Program-made: the position numbers and the translations under genes | Shown: positions 1 to 13,215 of the stretch, one piece after another | Position numbering within the stretch: the stretch's first letter is position 1 | Layout: each line of letters begins with the position of its first letter | Assembly (NCBI RefSeq): GCF_964213995.1 | Contig: NC_135803.1 | Coordinates: 112,778,001-112,842,000, forward strand | Reading direction: 5' to 3' | Length of the DNA stretch: 64,000 nucleotides | Source of the DNA: Mustelus asterias | Lineage: Eukaryota | The notes under the pieces: generated by a model | What the model saw: the letters and a program-made list of their open reading frames with translations, nothing else | Databases searched by the model: none | Told to the model about the DNA's origin: nothing

Positions 1-2645
1 AATTGCATCAGGTGATAAAAATCTGAGTGGAAGATAAAGCAAATTGTCTTGAAGTTACACAATTTGCTCACCCTTGTCGCAAATTAAAAATCTTATCAAG
101 AGATGGAGTTGTGGTTGATGATGAGTATTCAACATCATCATTGAGATTAAAGCAAAATGTAACAAATGTAAAAAGTATCAGCAGCCACTGTGAGACTCAA
201 TTGTAAGTCTTCCATTGGCAAGATACTTGAATTAAATCGTAACCATAGATCTAAAGGGCCAAAGAAACATTTTAATCTTACTTTTTATAGACTGAATCTG
301 GTTGCCATATGTTTTTACAGTAATATGTGGCAAGGACAAAAGGGTGCTTGTAGATAAAGACATGCAAAAAATGGATAGGATCCAGACTTGGTGCACTGCC
401 TAAATTTCTGACTGACAACTGGGGGTTGAATTTGCTAATGATGAGTTGAGAGACATGTGAAAATATGAACATTGTAGTCAAGAACACTGCAGCTGAAAGT
501 CCTTGGGAAACTGAAAGCAATCACACAGTGATCAATGGAATGTTTAATAAGATCTTAGTCAATAAACAAAAGTGCAAGTTAAAACTGCACTAGCATGAGC
601 AGTTCAAGCAAATAATTCACTTCAGATGACTGGGGATATAGTCCTTTATCAATTGGTTGATGAAAGGAATCCCAGCCTAGCTTCTGTTCCGTGTGATAGT
701 CCTCCTGCTCTAGAAAGTACCACAATTAATTCCACTTTTTCTGCACATGCAAATGCTTTATGTGCAGCAAGAAGAACATTCGTCAAGGCTGAAAATGTCA
801 CAGAGAAAATCTGGAGAATACTAAGCCATTGTATAAGATTGTCCATGATGAACTTTAATGCTGGGGACTTAGTATACACAAAAGAGAAAGCCATGAAGAG
901 TGGAAAGCTCTGGGTTAGGTGAGAGTGTCTGATGATAAGACTGGTAGCTAAACTATTTAAGATCCAGTTATCATGGGTAGTTGGGATTGATTACAAACTT
1001 TCCAAATCTGAGCAATTAATAGAATATGATGACGTACCCTGTAGCTGACATAATCATAAGTTTAACAGTTACTAGAAACCTAATGATACTGGTGTGAAAG
1101 ACAGGGTTATTGAGCCCAAAGGACAACTGCCTAGATTGGTACATAGGGTGACATACATACCATAAGGGTCTAGTGAATGGAGGGATGTGCGACTATTGCA
1201 GGGAGAACAAGGAAAGTTACTGGAAAGTTCAAATATTGGCTAAATGTCCAAGATAATGGACAAGATCTATAGACTTGTAGAATGGGGTGAAAGAGTGAAA
1301 AGTGAGAAAAGGCTATGCAAGTTCTCACAGTGGATTCTGGCACTAAATCTTGCACTGGAAAATAATAACATGCCGGTGATGGAAACTCTTATCGTTGGAG
1401 GGCAACATCCTGGAATAATAGTCCAGACAGACATCAAAGTGCAACGAGAGGCTGTGGCTCAACTAAATTAGGCAACAGGACAAGGGCTACAGAACAATCT
1501 AGAAACATTACTAGAAGATGAAGGCCTTATGATCAGGACGTGCCAACAAATTAAAGACAAAAAGAGTTGGATAGCTGGAAGGAAATTGATGTCTACTCTG
1601 AAGTGTCAGATAGAGGATTGCCAGCCTAATCACAGAGTAGTACAGGAAATGGTCCCCCCAGATGGAACTAATAACAGCAAAGTAAAACTAGTGGCTCAGG
1701 ATCTCAAAGGGCAACTTGGAGATCAAAATATTAGAGTGGATTCCCCAATAGTGGAAAAAAGTAATCCGGAAAATTTTTGTAGCTCTGTTGGCCACATTTG
1801 TGGGAATGTAGGTTGATCAATATAAAAACCATATTTTTATAGAGAGAAAAATTTAAGAGAAAAGTATTTTTGAAACAGCCTAAAGAGGCAGGTGATGTGG
1901 AAGGGAAGCTAAACAAATGTGTTTATGGATGAAATGATGCAGCAAGGATATAGTATTTCTCAGTTAGATCTGTTTTGCTGAAAGTATACTTTATTCAACT
2001 GAAAGCAGATATAGCAATCTTCTATTGGTACCGCAAAACAAAACTCCCAGGCATCTTTATGATGCATGTCAGTGATTTTCTATGAGGAGTTCCGTGTAAT
2101 TTGATTAATTTGTTACAGTTAAGACAAAAGATTGGAAGCCCCATTTCAGAACATTTAAATATATAGGTTTGGACATTAAGACCAAATTTGGAGTAATCTT
2201 CAATCAACAATCTTACCTTGAAAGTAGCCCAATAAATCATGCTTGGTCATGAGGCACAGCACAGGGACTTGAGCTTGATTCCGGTCTTGGGCGATTATGC
2301 GGAGTTTGCACGTTCTCCCTGTGTCCACATGGGTTTCCTTTGGGTGCTCCAGTTTCCTCCCACAGTCCAGATGTGTTCAGATTAGTTGGATTGGCCATGC
2401 TAAATTGCGCCTTGGTGTCCCAAGATGTGTTGGTTACATGGATTAGCCAAGGGAAATGTGTGGGGTTACGGGGATAGGGCGGGGAAGAGGACTTGGAAGC
2501 TACAGTCATGGTTTGATTTGTCAAACATTTTCAGGAAATTCTATGCAAAGGGTGGTCCTGAGAATAGTTGCCATTGAATGTTACAGAGATAATCATTCCC
2601 TGTGGGATAACATAGATTGACACAAAATGTGACTGAAAAAGATTT
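1..2645 (+). mobile_element. Decayed Ty1/Copia-type LTR retrotransposon internal region (integrase, RT, RNase H), interrupted by a SINE
   Basis: Frameshifted translations give the integrase core (KFLTDN.G.EFANDELRDM, NTAAESPW, NPSLASV..DSPPALESTT), then Copia RT motifs (VKLVAQ..IRVDSP, INIKTIFL, KLNKCVYG, GIFMMHVSDF) and an RNase H-like YRDNHSLWDN near 2580-2610. INT-before-RT order is diagnostic of Copia. No LTR seen. Confidence 0.8.
2255..2500 (+). mobile_element. HE1/V-type tRNA-derived SINE (degenerate)
   Basis: Carries the GGAGTTTGCACGTTCTCCCTGTGTC...GGGTGCTCCAGTTTCCTCCCACAGTCC core shared with the other SINE copies in the window. Confidence 0.8.
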
Positions 2646-2693
2646 AAGTACTGACTTTGCTTGCGTAAAAGAGCTGCTAAAAATAAAATAAAT

Positions 2694-2925
2694 GATTGTA
2701 TCACAGCTTGGTATGGCTTCTGCTCTGTCCAAGACCGCAAGAAACTACAAAGAGTCGTGAACAAAGCCCAGTCCATCATGCAAACCAGCCTCCCATCTGC
2801 TGACTATGTCGACACTTCCTGCTGCCTCGGAAAAGCAGCCAACATAATCAAGGACCCCACGCACCTCAGACACACTCTCTTCCACCTTCTTCCATTGGGA
2901 AAAAGATGCAAAATCTGAGGTCAGA
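2694..2925 (+). mobile_element. Rex1/Babar-type LINE, 3' RT fragment
   Basis: CITAWYG.CS.QDRKKLQRVV..AQSI...LPS...IIKDPTH..H.LF.LLP.GKR is the typical Rex1 C-terminus. Confidence 0.75.
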
Positions 2926-2929
2926 AATC

Positions 2930-3790
2930 TGGGTTGGCTTCCCTTAATTAATCCACATTTGTCCATGTGACTGATCATTTTATCCCTGATTCTGGTTTCT
3001 AAAAGCTTTCCTGCCACAGAGGTTAAAGTGACTGGTCTGTAGTTGTTGGGTCGATCCTTGCAACTCTCTACTTCAGAAGAATTTGCAATTCTCCAGTCCT
3101 CTGGTGCATTGTCCTCCCTTAGGAACACAGGAAAATAATAGCCAGTCCCCTCCACAATTTCAGTCCTCATTTTCCTCAAAAACCTCGGATGCATCCCATC
3201 CAGTCCTCATGACTTATCAACTTTTAAGTATAACAAGCTTTTCTAATACCTTTTATAGCCCACCCAATATTTCAACTATCTTCTCATTCAATCTGACTGT
3301 AGTAGCATATTAGTGAAGACTGCTGAAAAGTACTAATTTGGTACCTCAACCATTCCCACCCTCCATGAATAGCTTCCATTTCTTGTCCTGAATCAAGCCC
3401 CTCCTCAACCCCTTCACTGCTCTTTTGCTATTTATATGCCTGTAGAAGACTTTCAGATTCCTTTTTGTTCGCTGCCAATCTCTTTTCATCCTCTTAGCAT
3501 CTGTTATTCCTTTTCTCACTTGCCCTCTGAAACTTCGATACTCAGCCTAGTTCTCATTTGTATTGCTCACCTGCATCTGTCAGTATCTGTTTCATCTTAC
3601 TCAGTATCCGTGCCTCATCCAGGGAACTCTGGTTTTTCTTTTCCTACCTTTACATGAAACCTCAAATGTATCCAGACCACCTCCTCTCTAAAGGCAGCCC
3701 ACTGCAGTTTTGCCGACCAATCTTTCATTCCAATTTACACAGGACAGGCCCATTCTCAACCCTCCCTATCTAGATTAATATTTCTAATCT
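2930..3790 (-). mobile_element. CR1 LINE fragment (decayed)
   Basis: Minus-strand PEDWRIAN...NYRPVTLTSVAGKLLE..IRDK...H...GLIKGSQ. Confidence 0.75.
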
Positions 3791-4277
3791 AGATACCAAA
3801 ACAGCATTGAAAGCAGGCAGCCCATTTTCTCCCAATGTTTATTTGCTTTGAAATCAGTGGTTTCCAACTGTGTCTCTGTGAAGTACCTCGGGATATTTTT
3901 GTACGTTTAATTCACAGTATAAATACATGCTGTTGTTAAATTATGTACAATGAGAATTTAACTCTCAGTTTATTTCACTGTTACTGAGCTCTCCAAAGCT
4001 CAGATTCAGGTGCCAGCTTAGATTCTGGAACTGTGTTGAGTTAGCTGATCTCTGTGCAGATGGTGGTAGAAGGAGAATTATGGTACAACTGGCATTCCTC
4101 CTCCTGGGTTATAGTGAAGATACCTCCCTCCGCTCCAACTGCACTGAAATAATCGGTCTATAAACTACATATTTTGGGCAGCTTCACACATGCTGATGAA
4201 TCATGAGAAATAGGAATAGAAACAAAATCAAATTGAAACACTTTTGAATATGCTTACAAAGATACAACAATATTTTT

Positions 4278-4666
4278 GCACTGCAGGGGTGATCTTATGG
4301 AGGTCTTTAAAATAAGGAGGGGCATAAATCACCTAGATAGTCAACATCTTTTTCCAAAGGTAGGGGAGTCTAAAACTAGATGGCATAGATTTAAGGTGAG
4401 AGGGGAGAGATACAAAAGGGTCCAGAGGGGCAATTTTTTCACACAGAAGGTGGTGAGTGTCTGGAACAAGCTGCCAGAGGTAGCAGTCGAGACTGGTACA
4501 ATTTTGTCTTTTAAAAAGCTTTTAGATAGTAACATGGGTAAAATGGTATAGAGGGATGTGGGCCAAACGCAAGAAATTGGGACCTGCTTAGTGGTAAAAA
4601 GAAGGGCGGCATAGACAAGTTGGGCCGAAGAGCCTGTTTCCATGCTGTAAACCTCTATGACTCTAT
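4278..4666 (+). mobile_element. CR1 LINE 3' end
   Basis: RGDLMEVFKI...TRWHRFKVRGER...NFFTQKVVSVWNKLP followed by the CTCTATGACTCTAT tail. Confidence 0.9.
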
Positions 4667-6921
4667 ATTTCTGCACCACAATGCTTATCTCACTGTGCTT
4701 TCCTCTGCTCTAACCACTGGTGTTGAGTGAATGGGCTGTAACTGTAGCCCAGTAACAGGGCAATACTCACACATTATAATCCAATCAAATATGAAAATTG
4801 TATTAGAAGCTCACATAGCTAAAGAATATGGGGACTTAAAACTTTACAGATAGCTGCATTATGCAGGCGCACATCCCAACAGGAATAATTAACTGAATTT
4901 ATCTTTGACTCTGAACCACTTAAGGATCTATTTCCATGCAAAGTCGTATAACAATGGGATCCAAAAATAGTAAATGACATCCTGGTTGCCTGTAGAAAAC
5001 AGCAGACATTATGTAATGATGATTCCAAGGCTCTCCTCGACAGTTACTGCAAATTAGATAGTTTTAATGTAACTCATAAATGGCTTTATCCAATGGCTTT
5101 ACCCATGATTAGACATAGGAAATGGTGGATCCAGAGCAGGCTGAGAGAGATGATAGGGACAAATCTGGAATAACAACAATTACAGAGAAACTATTAGCCA
5201 TTGATTTCAATGTTCTTCAAATATAAGTATTACTAACTGAAGGATACTCTTCTAGCTGATTAGTTTTAAAACCAAGGCCCATAAATTACTGTTGGGGATA
5301 TGAGCAGTTGGTTTGAAGACTCAGGGTAGGATTTTCCCCACATTGCACTAAGTATTGTAACAGGCGTGAAAATCTGGTTTCTACCCTCTGGCCATAATGG
5401 TGGGTTTTTGCTCCGTATCGTCGGCTCCTCGGCTCATTAATTATCCACGTATGTGAAGTATGTTGTGTCGCTGGTGAGCGGCCTCTGATTCGCCCATTCC
5501 AATGTCCAATGTCAACTCACTGCTTCCTCACTCCGGCCGCCATATTTAAGGTGCAGCTGCACACAACCTTCCAGTGTTGGCACCCTAGGACTGCGCCACT
5601 GAAGGCATGGCCCTGAAACTGAGGAAAATGGCAGCCTCCAAGTTCAGTGACGCCTGACTGGAGTGGCTGCTGGACGCAGTCCAGGCCCACTGCAATGTCT
5701 TCTCATCCCATTCTGGAAGCAGGAGATCCAGCAAGATCAATCGACGTTGGAGGCAGTGGCCACGCTGGTCAGTGCCAACACAGTACAAAAGGCAGTGGCA
5801 GTGGTAGTCAGTGCCAACGCGGTAGGCAAGAGGTCAGCCATCCAGGAAGAGGATGAATAATCTGATCCGTGCCACCCGGGTAAGTCAATCACCTCATCAT
5901 TCCCAACTCACACACTCAAGGGACATCAGCGCTAACTCTCTCACACACCCTCAGATCTCCATCTGGGCTCATCTGTTCTGGAGGTCACATCCTCCTCCTG
6001 TCCACTGCTCCCCTTGCCACCCACACATGCCAAGCATTCTTATCATCTGCCCTAGCATGTATCTTTCTCATACTCTCTCTACCTGTCTTTCTGCAGAACA
6101 AGCTCACACACAATAATAGGGAGAGGTCCCAGACGAGGGGGTAGAGTGCTCAACGTCAAGGTCCTCACAGAGTTCAAGGTTCAGGCCATTGCGTTGGCCA
6201 GAGAGGACATCGATCAGGCCTGTGCCAATGGTGAGATGGGCAGTGCACACACAAATGAAGATCCTCCACCAGCTCATTTCTTAGACAATCACGGAGTGAG
6301 TGCTCTGACAAAGAGTCATCTAGACTTGAAACATTCGCTCTGTTCTCTCTCCACAGATTCTGTAAGACCTGCTGAGACTTTCCAGCATTTTCCATTTTTG
6401 ATACAGTGAATGCTTTGCCCTGTTTTAGAGTGACATGCCATGTACTAATTATCTCCTCTTTTTCTCATATGCACCTCTGGAAAGCACCCAGCAGCATGCA
6501 CATGTCTCATCTCCAGCTCCAAGGACACCTCAGATGAGGAACCAGAGAAGAACACCACAAAGACCCATCAGAGTGCTCACCCACACCCTCCACCAGCACA
6601 GAGACACACCTCGGTGGAACGTAGTTCTAAAGCAGCTTTGGGATCACAATCTGGCAAGCACAGCATACAATCTGGTCCACAGCAGGCAGAGGCAAAGACA
6701 TGCTAGGTAGCTGGCACTCGAGGCCAGGAATCTGTAAAGGCTGAGTCAGATGACCAGCCTCCAGATTCAGTCCCAGTTGGTGAAGCTGCAAGGGAATATC
6801 AGGAAGAGATGTTAGCTGCACTCAGATTGCAACATATGATGGAAGAGTCCATCTGCAGTCAGTCTGAAGTGAGAGTGCTGGTATACCAATGCACCAAGGT
6901 CCACCAAACACTGGAAGGTTG

Positions 6922-9004
6922 TGAAGTCGGTAAAAATACCTCTGGGGCTGGTATGAGTCAAAATACAGTCAGGCTTTATTCTCACAAGCTTGAGGGAGAA
7001 CCTGACCCCTTGAAAGCGGAAGCCAAAGTTCTCTCTGAACACAAGAAGCGTGGACATTTATACATCAGGGTTCCCAATACAAGCCATAAAGCAAAGTCCA
7101 GTTAACAGTCCTTGATCATAAATCATAGTTCCTTTAACAGCTTCTGATAGTCTCTGGATCATGGTTAGAGACTATCTGGTATCCTTGGGTCATAAAGCAC
7201 AATTCTCCTGGTAGTTGTAGTCAAGATGCAACCTCTGATCCCGCGCTCTTCCCGCAGCTTTTCCTTTGAAGTGACTGTGTGCGATTGCAGCTGTCCCAGT
7301 GGGAGTCCTCCTTCAAACGGCCATTCTCGCACTCTACCATTTGGTAGCTGCTTCCTTTGTTTAAATCATACACAAGCCTACGGGAAAGAAAGACTTACAA
7401 CCCAACATCTATATTTAACTGTCTGTTTTATCAGAATGATATAAACAAGCGAGGGAATCATGAACAAATGGCTTATACTACTACCAGGAGCAATATAAAC
7501 AAAGGGGAGACTAGCCATAAGGAAGGGTTATGTTTATGATACATTCCAGGTACAAAGTTCAACCGGTAATTATAGACCGGTTAGTCTTACTTCGGTGGTT
7601 GGTAAATTGATGGAAAAGGTCCTTGGGGATGGGATTTACGACCATTTAGAAAGATGCGGATTAATACGGGATAGTCAGCACGGATTCGTGAAGGGCAAGT
7701 CGTGCCTCACAAATTTGATTGAATTTTTTGAGGAGGTAACTAAGTGTGTTGATGAAGGTAGGGCAGTTGATATCATATACATGGATTTTAGTAAGGCGTT
7801 TGATAAGGTCCCCCATGGTCGGCTTATGATGAAAGTAAGGAGGTGTGGGATAGAGGGAAAGTTGGCCGACTGGATAGGTAACTGGCTATCTGATCGAAGA
7901 CAGAGGGTGGTGGTGGATGGAAAATTTTCGGACTGGAGGCAGGTTACTAGCGGAGTGCCACAGGGATCAGTGCTTGGTCCCCTGCTCTTTGTGATTTTTA
8001 TTAATGACTTAGAGGAGGGGGCTGAAGGGTGGATCAGTAAATTTGCTGATGACACCAAGATTGGTGGAGTAGTGGATGAGGTGGAGGGCTGTTGTAGGCT
8101 GCAAAGAGACATAGATAGGATGCAAAGCTGGGCTGAAAAATGGCAAATGGAGTTTAACCCTGATAAATGTGAGGTGATTCATTTTGGTAGGACTAATTTA
8201 AATGTGGATTACAGGGTCAAAGGTTGGGTTCTGAAGACTGTGGAGGAACAGAGAGATCTTGGAGTCCATATCCACAGATCTCTAAAGGTTGCCACTCAAG
8301 TGGATAGAGCTGTGAAGAAGACCTATAGTGTGTTAGCTTTTATTAACAGGGGGTTAGAGTTTAAGAGCCGTGGGGTTATGCTGCAACTGTACAGGACCTT
8401 GGTGAGACCACATTTGGAATATTGTGTGCAGTTCTGGTCACCTCACTATAAGAAGGATGTGGAAGCACTGGAAAGAGTGCGGAGGAGATTTACCAGGATG
8501 CTGCCTGGTTTGGAGGGTAGGTCTTATGAGGAAAGGTTGAGGGAGCTAGGGCTGTTCTCTCTGGAGCGGAGGAGGCTGAGGGGAGACTTAATAGAGGTTT
8601 ATAAAATGATGAAGGGGATAGATAGAGTGAACGTTCAAAGACTATTTCCTCGGGTGGATGGAGCTATTACAAGGGGGCATAACTATAGGGTTCGTGGTGG
8701 GAGATATAGGGAGGATCTCAGAGGTAGGTTCTTTACGCAGAGAGTGGTTGGGGTGTGGAATGGACTGCCTGCAGTGATAGTGGAGTCAGACACTTTAGGA
8801 ACATTTAAGCGGTTATTGGATAGGCACATGGAGCACACCAGGATGATAGGGAGTGGGATAGCTTGATCTTGGTTTCAGATAAAGCTCGGCACAACATCGT
8901 GGGTCGAAGGGCCTGTTCTGTACTGTTCTATGTTCTATGTTCTATGTTCTTTTGGGTACAAAATACTTTGAGTACAAAAAAACATTAACCCTTTCCCTTC
9001 TTCA
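6922..9004 (-). mobile_element. Solo LTR (ERV/Gypsy-like) split by a CR1 insertion
   Basis: TGAAG...CTTCA termini, 5-bp TSD GGTTG (6917-6921 and 9005-9009), minus-strand TATAAA near 7058 and AATAAA near 6976. Confidence 0.8.
7561..8949 (+). mobile_element. Young 5'-truncated CR1 LINE with an intact RT ORF segment (7595-8866)
   Basis: 423-aa open frame with QHGF, YMDFSKAFDKV, GVPQGSVLGP, KFADD and FFTQRVV, followed by a (GTTCTAT)n 3' tail. Confidence 0.95.
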
Positions 9005-9645
9005 GGTTGGCAGCTGCTATGGAGACCTTGGTCCAGGACACCTTCTTGCACTGCTGCAGGAGCAGGACTCCATCACTGTAGCCATTGGTGGTATCCATCA
9101 GTGTCAATGTGAGAGGGGCAGGGCATTTAGATCTCACTCCAATTGCCCCTTTCCTTATGGAGTTAGCTGGGGGCTGTCAGACACTCATAGGGAGGAGGAC
9201 TAGCAGCTTGACAACCTGGGGCCTTTACTAGGTGACTCTAAGGCTCTCCGGCTGTTTCCAATTCCCACTTCCTGTGACCCCTACACCTTCAGCTCCACAG
9301 GCCTAGGACAGTACACCTGCCCCACAGCAGGACACACAAAGCAGGCTGGGGCCCTCCAGGTCTTGACGCTCTAGTGGATACCCACCAAGGTCATCACAGA
9401 GAACAGAGTGTAGCAATGTTATATGTCCCTGTGGAACGAACCTTGTTCACATGCTTTGCAGGGTTATGTCAATTTTATTCTTGGCGGTATAAGACTGAGG
9501 CAGAAGTGTTCTCCTGACACATCTGCAATCTTGACAGTTGCGGGTACAGTGTCTAAGGAAACATGTGTTCGTGCATGGAGGAGGGTCATATATTATGCAA
9601 ATCCATGTGCTCTCTATCTCTCAGCAGGGTTTTAATGCCATGAGT

Positions 9646-10353
9646 TGTGATGTTAGTGTCCCTTTAAGAGATTTTAAAAAAAAATCATGATCTCTACAAC
9701 TCACAGTCAGTGTTTCTCAGCTCACAGCCTTAGATGATGTCATTGAAGGGAGGAGCAAAAAAAACTGTGTGCAGCTCAGGTGACAAGGGTTGTCTATAGT
9801 TTCATTTTGGCTACAATGTTAGAAACATAACTGAAAGAAGTCTCTATTTTCATTTTGAAAGTTTTACCAGTTAGCTGAAAGCACATCTTGTTTGCCATTC
9901 TGCAGTAAAGTCATTCTGGTGTTTTGGGAAGCTGTCTTGTCTTCAAACTGTTCTGAGTCTCAAGAGCATTGGACTGCAGAATTCAAATAACGACCTCGAT
10001 CCCAGTGTCACGTGAGCATTAATCTGTGCTGTGTTAAACCTGTTTAAAGTGTTTTGTTTACTGGATATTGGCTTCGATTGGGGCAACTTGTATATATTCA
10101 TTTAAGGGTTATACATTATCATGATTGTTTGTTTCTTGTTTGTAATTGATAAAAGTTCTTGCTAATTTTCTTACTATACATGTTAACTATATCCTTAAAT
10201 AAACTTTGTTTGATAAAAGCTCCCGAGTGGGTCACTTGAATCATACCTGAAATGAAACATCTCATGCTTATCCTAGCTAAATTCAAGATGCAAAACTTAT
10301 GATTCAGGCAGGTTTCATAAAACACTTTGAAGTTTCTGACCTGAACCATCACA
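9646..10353 (+). mobile_element. Solo LTR (708 bp)
   Basis: TGTGATG...CATCACA inverted termini, 4-bp TSD GAGT, AATAAA near 10198. Confidence 0.85.
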
Positions 10354-10904
10354 GAGTTCATATTCAAAGCTTTTATACATTGTGGTCCTCTTTCTGTCAA
10401 TGACTTGTCAGTGGATATGGCTTCAAGGTCTTTCTGCCTGTGTGTGAGAGTACTCACCCTTGAAATGATGACCAGTGCAGGATTCACATCAAGGTTTTTC
10501 CACCTCTTCCCCCTCAAACACCCCGTCCCTCCATCATCCCGCCTCCAAACAAACACCCCTAGACAATCCACCCCAAACAGCCTACTGCGTTGGGCATGTT
10601 TCTCCCTTCCTTACTTATCTAGAGATTTGAGCAGGTACTTTGACCTCCAGATGAAATAAAGATGGCTCAGGTAACTGCTGCAGAGCATAAACAAGGGAAA
10701 ATCACAGATAGCAGTGAACCTCTTCCCTCAAAGCCTTCACCTCTCCACACCTTAAAATGTATCTGTTCAAAGAAGATTCTAATCACCCCATTACAATTTC
10801 TCCTTTCTTGGCTTGATGTCGGTTTCTTTTCCTTCCACAAATTTACGTCTCTCCATGGGCCCTTTTTATGTTAAAGACACTGAATAACATGAAGGTTGGG
10901 ATAC

Positions 10905-11310
10905 CAGCCATTGCTCAGTCGGTCGCACTCACACCTCTGAGTCAGTAGAATGTAGGTTGAAGCTCTATTCCAGAGGAGAGAGCACAAAATTTGAACTGGA
11001 ACTCCAGTGCAGTACTGGGGGAGATCCGCACTGTTAGATTAGATGTGCTGAGTTTTGCATGAAATGTTCATCATATGCTCCACCAGCCTGTTCAAGTGAA
11101 TGTGAAAGATTCCGTTGCATTACTTATGACGTGACTAATATTTTGCTCCAAATCCCTAAGACAGATTATTTGGTCATTATTACATTGCCTTTTTGTGGGA
11201 TTTTGCTGTGTGCGATTTGGTTATCTCCTACATGACACCAATAACTGCAATTGAAAGGTAGCTAATTAGTTGTCATGTACTGTAGAATGTACTGAGCTTG
11301 TGTATCTTTC
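10905..11310 (+). mobile_element. Old Deu-domain SINE (SacSINE1/AmnSINE1-like)
   Basis: CAGTGCAGTACTG...ACAGATTATTTGGTCATTATTACATTGC...GTGGGATTTTGCTGTGTGCG matches the Deu-SINE layout, which is also seen at 46.6, 61.6 and 63.1 kb. Confidence 0.65.
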
Positions 11311-11650
11311 TTTGCAATCATTTATCATCTTCATTTTCACCAGCACTGTGCAAACAAATCTGAATCGCTGCATTGGAGGTCCAGGCATCATGAGTATGGC
11401 GTAGGCTCGATGGAGCAGCTGGTATTTTCCTGCCCATCAATTTTGTACGTATGAAGGAATAGGAAGCTAAAATAGTCATTTTAACCCATTTCTTAAACAT
11501 TAACTCCAGGAACAAATAAACAAAGAATGTACAATGTTCTCAATGCTCGTTCTTTGCAGAACTTGAAGAACTATGCCACAAACATACAAACAAACATTCA
11601 GACATTAAAAATTTGACTGACATTTCCAATAGTACCTAGAAATAGATAAC

Positions 11651-12832
11651 GAGCGTGATTTTACCACCTCGCTGTGCCCGTCAATCAGCATGGCAAACTG
11701 GGAAAATAGCATGAGATGTGAAGATTCGGCCAGAAAATGGTTTTCGAGCTTCCCAGCCCCTTTTCACTGGTGCAACCCCTTCGTGCCTAAAATGGGTGCA
11801 TAGCTTATTAGCATGAATTTGAATGGATTTCAGTGCCATTGGTGAGGCTGGCGCGCTAGTGCCCCCTCACCCCCAAATGCTTGCTATCTCTTCGGCATGA
11901 AGTCACGCTGGCGTTAATCACTACTGCTCTATGAAAGTATGGTTCAGGTGCAGCAGTAGTGAAGGGTAGCTAAGAGATAAGTACCACTGAGCATCAACCC
12001 TGGGTTACTGGGGTGGGGGAGGGGTTCTCTGCCACTGCCGTGGTGCAGGGTGGGGTGGGGGGCTTCCATGGGTGTGGGGGTTTGGGGGGTTTGTGCCGGT
12101 ATAGGAGTCCTCATGTCAAGAGTTACCGCTGGCTTGGGGGTTCACATCGAGTGCATTTCCCCTAACCACTGAACAACCCTCCAAGGGGTTGTTTATGAGG
12201 TCGACTCCCAACTCCACTAATGTCGCGATGATTATCCTGCCATCTGTCTGCTGGACAAGCTGACTGCTCACATTCCATCTCAGGCCTCACTAACTGTAAC
12301 AAGAACCAGGTCTGGCAGCTGTTGCCTCAAGCAAGGGAGCTCACCAGGTGTTAACACAGCTCCTCACAATGCATGGATTCTGCAGTGCTTCCTACGGTGG
12401 GAACCCATCTTGTGATAGTCACGAGGGTTTCGTCGCCATTGCTGGGATGCCAGTGTGCAGGGAACTATTAATGGAATGTACATTGCCCTGTGGGCCCCAT
12501 ACGATCAAAGGTGCCATTCAGCAACAGGAAGAGATTCCACTACCTTAATATTCAAATTGTGTGTGACCACCTTCTGAACATCTTGCAGATATGTACACAC
12601 TACCCGGGGAGCATGCACGACAGCTACATCCTGCGTAGCTTGGACATTGCCGTGGTCTTCGAGGACTAGCCCCAGTTGCCAGGATGGTTCATGGAGGACA
12701 AGGATTACCCGCTGAGATCATAGCTGATGACGCAGATGCTGAGGCTCCAGGCTGAAGCGGAGACTCATTACAATGAGGCCTATGCTGGCACTCGGTCTGT
12801 CATCAAGCAGTGCATTGGGCAACTGAAGATGC
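11651..12832 (+). mobile_element. Harbinger element fragment with HARBI1-like DDE transposase relic
   Basis: About 12420-12830 reads GFVAIAGMP..., NRKRFHYLNIQIVCDH, YPGSMHDSYIL, GWFMEDKDYPL, AETHYNEAYAGTRSVIKQCIGQLKM, with stops and frameshifts. Confidence 0.8.
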
Positions 12833-12851
12833 CTGTATGTGTGTGCACCTG

Positions 12852-13215
12852 TGTAATAACCTCAACGAGGCCCATGAGGTTGGCCTCTTGGAGTATGAGC
12901 TCCTTTATTGACGTAATTATTGCCTGCCCAATCAGAAATTACAGCTATATAAATATTGAGGACTGTCAGGGTTGCTGACATTCTGGATTCTTGAACTTGA
13001 ACTTGAAGCACTCTTAGGAGTAGTGGTAAGATTGTAAAGAAAGAAGGCGGGGTTTTACGGGCTCACTTATCCCGAAACCGTAAAATCCCGCCCAAGGTCA
13101 ATGGACCTTTCCATTGTCCGCACCCTGCCCGTTACGATTCCCATGGCGGGCAGTGAGGTAAAATTCTGGCCAGGGAATCTGGTGAAAGGACACTCGCCTC
13201 TGAGGAGTTATTTCA
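12852..13215 (+). mobile_element. Short solo LTR containing a MITE, inserted into a TG-rich simple repeat
   Basis: TGTAAT...TTTCA termini, 5-bp TSD ACCTG, CCAAT and TATATAAA boxes; related to the LTR at 15277. Confidence 0.8.
13046..13171. mobile_element. ~125-bp Harbinger-type MITE
   Basis: GGCGGGGTTTTAC...GTAAAATTCTGGCC termini; close relative at 39002-39133. Confidence 0.75.

Larger units (their letters stand above)
5324..9640 (+). mobile_element. Decayed PIF/Harbinger element carrying a spliced Myb/SANT-like gene relic; host of nested insertions
   Basis: TIR-like start GGGTAGGATTTTCC. Exon relic RKMAASKFSDA.LEWLLDAV...EAVATLVSAN...RMNNLIRATR, GTAAGT donor at 5880, CTGCAG acceptor at 6091-6096, then NKLTHNNRERSQT...VKVLTEF. 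Coding-like sequence resumes after 9004. The right end is not defined. Confidence 0.65.

Noticed and set aside
10119-10571. 150-aa ORF with a GTGAGT donor-like site
   Set aside because: About half lies in a solo LTR and no protein family is recognisable.
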